Source of the DNA: an uncultured Alphaproteobacteria bacterium
Lineage (GTDB): Bacteria > Pseudomonadota > Alphaproteobacteria > Rs-D84
NCBI GenBank assembly: GCA_944389265.1
Contig: CALXLS010000005.1
Span: 22,076 to 86,075, forward strand
Direction of reading: 5' to 3'
Length of the DNA stretch: 64,000 nt
In this document: positions 59,237 to 64,000 of the stretch, in pieces
How positions within the stretch are numbered: position 1 is the first letter of the stretch
How the letters are laid out: each line of letters starts with the position of its first letter
Notes under the pieces: generated by a model
Seen by the model: the letters and a program-made list of their open reading frames with translations, nothing else
What the model was told of the DNA's origin: nothing
The model's database searches: none
Made by a program: the position numbers and the translations under genes

Positions 59237-60364
59237 TTATAACTCTGTTAACGGCCAACGCGGACGCGGCGCAATAGGTCCGTGAACAATGCGACCTAAT
59301 TTATAATTTTCAATGCCAGCCCAAGCAATCATCGCACCATTATCCGTACACAAATTCATCGGAGGGGCAGCAAATAACATCGCATTTTCTGCCGCTAACT
59401 TTTCCATAGCCGCACGAATAGCACTATTTTTAGCAACTCCACCTGCTACAACCAATGTTTTTGGTGCGGTGTTTTTTACGCGTTCGTCATTCAAAGCATT
59501 AGTTAACCGATTAATTATACAATCCACAACAGCCGCCTGAAAAGACGCGCAAAAATCATTTATAAAATCTTCTGAATATGGAGCAGTTTGCTTGTCTAAG
59601 AATGTTCTTGCTGCGGTTTTTATGCCACTAAATGAAAAATCACATCCTGGTTTATCACATAAAGGACGTGGGAAATTGAATGCTTTGGAATTGCCCATAC
59701 CTGCGCGTTTATCAACAACTGGTCCCCCAGGATAACCCAGCCCTAACATTTTTGCAACTTTATCAAAAGCCTCACCAGCACTATCGTCCAAAGTTTGACC
59801 AATTAATTCATATTCACCAACCCCACGAACTAATAATATTTGACAATGCCCACCAGAAGCCAACATTAACAAATATGGAAATTCCACAGACATTGAACCA
59901 TCTTTACCATTAGCCGCAGATGCATGTAACCGTGGAACCAGGGCATGACCTTCTAAATGATTAACAGCGACTAGTGGCTTATTTGTTGATTGTGCGATAC
60001 CTGTCGCAGCCATCCAGCCAACCAAAACCCCACCGATTAAACCTGGTCCTGCAGTTGCAGCAATAACATCTATATCAGAAATATTTTTTCCGGCTTTTTC
60101 TAATGTTTGTTTTATAACTTCGTCAATTGCTAATATGTGTGCACGCGCCGCTAATTCTGGTACAACGCCACCATATTTTTGATGTTCCGGTATTTGTGAA
60201 TAAATTATATGTGAAAGAATATTTCTATCAGAATCAACTATTGCGGCACTAGTTTCATCACAAGAAGATTCTATACCCAAACACAATATTGCACGATTAG
60301 AATCTTTATGTGTATCGCCATCTAAGTGTCCCATATCTAAACGAATAATTTTTTCTTCACTCAT
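59237..60364 (-). CDS. tsaD: tRNA N6-adenosine threonylcarbamoyltransferase TsaD (Kae1/YgjD), with ~25-aa N-terminal extension in the longest ORF
   Basis: ILCLGIESSCDETSAAIV, HLEGHAL, and LMLASGGHCQ metal-binding motifs. Confidence 0.85.
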   Translation of the reverse strand: MSEEKIIRLDMGHLDGDTHKDSNRAILCLGIESSCDETSAAIVDSDRNILSHIIYSQIPEHQKYGGVVPELAARAHILAIDEVIKQTLEKAGKNISDIDVIAATAGPGLIGGVLVGWMAATGIAQSTNKPLVAVNHLEGHALVPRLHASAANGKDGSMSVEFPYLLMLASGGHCQILLVRGVGEYELIGQTLDDSAGEAFDKVAKMLGLGYPGGPVVDKRAGMGNSKAFNFPRPLCDKPGCDFSFSGIKTAARTFLDKQTAPYSEDFINDFCASFQAAVVDCIINRLTNALNDERVKNTAPKTLVVAGGVAKNSAIRAAMEKLAAENAMLFAAPPMNLCTDNGAMIAWAGIENYKLGRIVHGPIAPRPRWPLTEL

Positions 60365-61053
60365 TTTATTTTCACCAATGTTATACCCAAGTTATTGTTA
60401 TTCTTTTCCTGCTTAGCAACATAATCCATAAAATCAACATCTACAACCTTGCCAGCAGCAGAAGACGCGTGTCTTAATCTACCGTCAGGCAATAAAAACC
60501 CCATATGTGTGACCGCTAAGTCAGTACCTATTTTATCACTTTTTCCTGAATTTCCAGCAATAAATAAAACTATTAAAACTTCATCCGTTTTTAAATTTTT
60601 TAAGTTTTTATATGGGATATATTCTATATTTACTATTTCAACGGGGCAATCATAATCCATGTCATGAACTGTTTTTAGCCACTTTTGCTTATCAATAACC
60701 ACTGTGCGTATACTTGTTTTACCGTATGCGCCACTAATATTTTCAACTATATCGGCATTGTTTTTTAGCCAATCAGATTCTATGAAGTGATTTCTGTTAA
60801 AGAATGAAACCTGACCGTTTTTATATCTTATTTTTGTAAGTTTCTCTTCATCTTCGTCGGCCAAAACTGTTTCTACAAAAGTCACACAATCAAAACCATC
60901 ATATCTAATCAATGGGTCTGTATCTGTTTCTTGTTCTTCACCCAATGGGTCAATTAAATACGGTGTGCCAAGATATTTTTCTCCAACAGATTCATAATCC
61001 GCGCCAAAAGAACACGCAGATAAAAATAATACTAACACCAAAAACAAACGCAT
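60361..61053 (-). CDS. lipoprotein, hypothetical
   Basis: Lipobox LVLFLSACSF. Overlaps tsaD start by 4 nt. Confidence 0.45.
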   Translation of the reverse strand: MRLFLVLVLFLSACSFGADYESVGEKYLGTPYLIDPLGEEQETDTDPLIRYDGFDCVTFVETVLADEDEEKLTKIRYKNGQVSFFNRNHFIESDWLKNNADIVENISGAYGKTSIRTVVIDKQKWLKTVHDMDYDCPVEIVNIEYIPYKNLKNLKTDEVLIVLFIAGNSGKSDKIGTDLAVTHMGFLLPDGRLRHASSAAGKVVDVDFMDYVAKQEKNNNNLGITLVKIK

Positions 61054-61054
61054 A

Positions 61055-61375
61055 TTAGTTATTTTCTTTCAATTGTATACCTGTATAGCATAAGGAAACT
61101 GCATCTTTTACGGCCATCTCACCAGATTCTGGCAAAGAAGCAATCTTATCAACACATTGTACAAGTAATTCAGAATGTTCATCCGATGCAACCAAAATTT
61201 TTACTGCGGCAGTACGTCTTTCGATATCCGCGCTGCGCCATTTCTTTAAATTAGCCCCTTCTAAATCCCCAGAGCGCTGAACTAAAAAGAAAACAACAAC
61301 GACAAAAATCAAAACAGCAATGCCGATAAAAAATTTAAGATACTTTTTTAAAAAATTCATATTTTCACCTCCCAC
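61055..61375 (-). CDS. small membrane-anchored protein, hypothetical
   Basis: N-terminal TM IGIAVLIFVVVVFFLV. Confidence 0.4.
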   Translation of the reverse strand: MGGENMNFLKKYLKFFIGIAVLIFVVVVFFLVQRSGDLEGANLKKWRSADIERRTAAVKILVASDEHSELLVQCVDKIASLPESGEMAVKDAVSLCYTGIQLKENN

Positions 61376-61385
61376 ATATTAAAAT

Positions 61386-61781
61386 TTATTCGCACTTAAC
61401 TAACCACACGTCATAATCTGCGTTTTGCACAGGGTTTTCACCAGGCTCATTGGCGTTCATCCAACCGCTAAAAATTTTACCTTCGGATTTTTTTGACATC
61501 TCAACAAAAGCAAAAAAGTTTTCTGCCTGGAAAGGGTCTGTTTGCTTACAGGTTCTTATCATAATAGATAATTTTTCAAATTCTGCTTCTTTTCCGACGG
61601 GCAGGGTGACAGTCTGCACTTTTCCTGCCGCTTTATTCATAATGCGAATGACAGCACTATTTTTTTCCACATAAGCATTTGCATCTAACACAAAACCACT
61701 GACAAACAAAGATGAAAACACCAAAAATTTAAGAACTTTTTTCATGCTAACCATATTACAATCGCAATAAACTAATGTCAA
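61386..61781 (-). CDS. secreted small protein, hypothetical (possibly DUF2155-like)
   Basis: Signal peptide MKKVLKFLVFSSLFVSGFVLDANA. Confidence 0.4.
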   Translation of the reverse strand: MTLVYCDCNMVSMKKVLKFLVFSSLFVSGFVLDANAYVEKNSAVIRIMNKAAGKVQTVTLPVGKEAEFEKLSIMIRTCKQTDPFQAENFFAFVEMSKKSEGKIFSGWMNANEPGENPVQNADYDVWLVKCE

Positions 61782-61827
61782 ATTATTAAATAATAGTTGT
61801 TGACAAAATTATTGACAAATTAGTTTT

Positions 61828-62775
61828 GTGTGCAATAATATAATCACTATGATAAAGATAAGCACAGATACATATAAAGCATTTCAGCGAACAAGTAACC
61901 CCAGAATGGCGGAGAAAGACTATATAGAATGCGCTATTTTGGAAGAATTGTTCAATGATCCATATATCAGCAAACAATTTGTTTTTGCTGGTGGTGGCTC
62001 TATAACTAAATCATATAATTTTTCACAACGTATTGGTCAAGACATTGATTTGGCATGTGCAGATTTTGAAGACTTGCCAGACGAACATTCAAAAAAACAA
62101 TTAACAAACTTCAAGAAACAATTTAAAACATTTGTTTTTGATGTATTAAAACCAAAAGTAAATTACATCATAAATCAAGACCAGCAATTTATGATTGCCA
62201 CAGACCGTGATTGGCGTGCATTAGAAAACAAAGAACAATTTTTGTCTTCTCCGACATTACACTTGTTATATAAATCTGCATTTGGGCCAGAAATGGGGCA
62301 TTTGTGTCTTGAAATTATTCCTCGTAAATATGAAAAGAACAAGATACAGCATCGTTCCGTTGTTCCATATTCTATAAAACAAGAAATGGGGGAAATTCCA
62401 ACCGTACGATACGAGCAAACATTCTGGGATAAAGTATTTGCATTACATTCAACAGCAAAAACAGAGATGCCAAGATTAAGAGAAACATTTTCACGTCATT
62501 ATTATGATGTTGCCAGAATTGCGGACTATGTAAATTTAAACGAAACAAAAGAATTTTTATTTGACATCTCAAATTATCAAGCCAAATACACAACAAAAGG
62601 CATACCACCGTTGACATCTACTGCAGAAGTAGAACTGATTCCAGAAGAATCGACATTAACGCGACTAGGTGAAGATTATGCCAAAATATCAGAACTATTT
62701 TTGGCTAATCCTGAAAGTTGGCAGAGCATTATTCGCAATTTAGTACAATTAAATAACAATTTAAAAACGCTATAA
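61828..62775 (+). CDS. AbiEii/DUF1814-like nucleotidyltransferase (type IV TA toxin family)
   Basis: EKDYIECAILEELF...FVFAGGGSITKSYNFSQRIGQDIDLAC resembles the AbiEii N-terminal GGTAL...R(F)S.DIDF core. Confidence 0.5.
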   Translation: MCNNIITMIKISTDTYKAFQRTSNPRMAEKDYIECAILEELFNDPYISKQFVFAGGGSITKSYNFSQRIGQDIDLACADFEDLPDEHSKKQLTNFKKQFKTFVFDVLKPKVNYIINQDQQFMIATDRDWRALENKEQFLSSPTLHLLYKSAFGPEMGHLCLEIIPRKYEKNKIQHRSVVPYSIKQEMGEIPTVRYEQTFWDKVFALHSTAKTEMPRLRETFSRHYYDVARIADYVNLNETKEFLFDISNYQAKYTTKGIPPLTSTAEVELIPEESTLTRLGEDYAKISELFLANPESWQSIIRNLVQLNNNLKTL

Positions 62776-62787
62776 AGGAGTTAAAAC

Positions 62788-63312
62788 ATGGCAAAGTTTA
62801 TATATTCCGACCCTCATTTTGACTCTGAAAAAATAATTATAAACGGCAAAAGGCCATTCAACAGCGTGCAAGAAATGAACAAAGCATTAATTGAACGATA
62901 TAATGCAACTGTTGGTAAACAAGATGTCTGCTATTGGTTAGGCGACATAATGTACGGTGCGACAAAAGAAAAAGTTGCAAAGATTCTAAGTCAAATGCAT
63001 GGTCGTAAGTTTCTTATCATGGGCAACCATGACAGGGGACATTCGGAAACATGGTGGGCATCATGTGGTTTTGAAAAAGTATTTTCTCATCCAATATATG
63101 ATGCGGAACATTTTATTATATTGTCACACGAACCCTTAGAAGAATTTGGTAATATGCCACCGATAATAAATTATCATGGACATATTCATATCCAGGATTA
63201 CGATTTTGAAAATCATCAACAGTGTATAAACGTATGCGTAGAAAAAACGGACTATAAACCTGTTCCATTGGTAAATCCATTTATTACAAAAGCACGTGAA
63301 TTTTCACGTTAA
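62788..63312 (+). CDS. calcineurin-like metallophosphoesterase
   Basis: DPHFD ... GDIMYG ... GNHDRGH ... SHEPL ... HGHIH motifs in canonical order. Confidence 0.65.
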   Translation: MAKFIYSDPHFDSEKIIINGKRPFNSVQEMNKALIERYNATVGKQDVCYWLGDIMYGATKEKVAKILSQMHGRKFLIMGNHDRGHSETWWASCGFEKVFSHPIYDAEHFIILSHEPLEEFGNMPPIINYHGHIHIQDYDFENHQQCINVCVEKTDYKPVPLVNPFITKAREFSR

Positions 63313-63341
63313 AAAAACCGCAGAAACTGCGGTTTTTTTTA
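63311..63341. terminator. bidirectional terminator
   Basis: aaccgcag-aaa-ctgcggtt with A7 and T8 flanks. Confidence 0.65.
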
Positions 63342-63358
63342 CACAAATAATACAATAA

Positions 63359-63751
63359 TTATTTGGTTTCTTTCTTTTCTGCGGTATTAGCGGACAAATC
63401 TTCAACGATACGAGCTTTTTTGCCTGACAATCCGCGCAAGAAGAACAATTTTGCACGACGAACCTTACCTGTACGAACCTTTTCAATTTTTTCAATTGCA
63501 GGGCTGTACAATGGGAACTTACGTTCTACACCAACACCATAAGATTCACGACGTACAGTAAAGGATGCATTATTTCCTTCGCCGCCATCACGCGCGATAA
63601 CAACGCCTTCAAAAACCTGAATACGGAATTTATCACCATCTTTAATCTTTACGTGTACTTTTATTGTATCACCAGATTTAAATGCTGGGATTTTTTTATC
63701 ACCTTTCAGTTTTGCAACCTGCGCTGCTTCAATTTTTTTAATAATGCTCAT
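63359..63751 (-). CDS. rplS: 50S ribosomal protein L19
   Basis: [32 protein letters not shown] and [12 protein letters not shown]. trmD-rplS order. Confidence 0.9.
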   Translation of the reverse strand: MSIIKKIEAAQVAKLKGDKKIPAFKSGDTIKVHVKIKDGDKFRIQVFEGVVIARDGGEGNNASFTVRRESYGVGVERKFPLYSPAIEKIEKVRTGKVRRAKLFFLRGLSGKKARIVEDLSANTAEKKETK

Positions 63752-63752
63752 T

Positions 63753-64000
63753 TTACTTTTCCTTTATTAAATCCGGACGACGTTGTTTAGTTAATTCGTC
63801 CGATTGTTGTTTCCGCCATCTTTCTATATTGCCGTGATGACCGGACAGCAGGACTTCTGGGACATTTCGTCCACGCCATGCCGACGGGCGGGTATATAAC
63901 GGCCATTCCAGCCCCCCGATTTCGAAACTTTCATTAGCGGTCGCCTCAATGCCACCGCCCAAGACATTATCCATCACGCGAACCACGCTGTCAACAAAAA
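63753..64000 (-). CDS. trmD: tRNA (guanine37-N1)-methyltransferase TrmD, C-terminal part (gene continues beyond window end)
   Basis: [22 protein letters not shown] is the TrmD C-terminus. The frame is open to the window edge. Confidence 0.75.
   Translation of the reverse strand, partial: FVDSVVRVMDNVLGGGIEATANESFEIGGLEWPLYTRPSAWRGRNVPEVLLSGHHGNIERWRKQQSDELTKQRRPDLIKEK

Overview
This window is AT-rich (about 35% GC) and looks like chromosome from an alphaproteobacterial intracellular symbiont. The signs are a permuted two-piece tmRNA, an AddA-type helicase-nuclease, ankyrin-repeat proteins, and a giant eukaryote-like cysteine-rich surface protein. A housekeeping backbone runs through it: Lon-like ATPase, tsaB-rimI, ssrA, obg, rubrerythrin, prfB with its programmed +1 frameshift, ihfB-accDA, cysS, rpoD, addA, recN, xseA, tsaD, rplS-trmD, and four tRNAs. 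Accessory material is interleaved with it.

- **Positions 1 to ~11,000** resemble a defense island. It holds a partial PD-(D/E)XK nuclease gene, a Pif1-family helicase with an unknown partner, a 5-gene operon (PD-(D/E)XK nuclease, two tiny proteins, an RNase J-like beta-CASP metallo-beta-lactamase, and an ankyrin protein), and a BrxR/CapW-type WYL regulator directly upstream of an uncharacterised 3-gene cassette ending in a tandem AAA+ ATPase.
- **13,996-20,208** encodes a 2070-aa secreted Cys-rich repeat protein (6.2 kb), next to a tRNA(CAU) and a second Pif1-like helicase.
- **30,617-34,530** is a polysaccharide-modification locus (GT32, GT2-pyruvyltransferase fusion, PP-loop amidotransferase-like), followed by an orphan phage-tail-fibre-like gene beside tRNA-Arg.
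- **61,828-63,312** pairs an AbiEii-like nucleotidyltransferase with a metallophosphoesterase and has no AbiEi partner.

There are signs of gene decay: Lon lacks its protease domain, and addA is split by a 1-nt frameshift. One strongly structured intergenic element at 30,288-30,530 may be an sRNA. No CRISPR array, rRNA, transposase or integrase was recognised.
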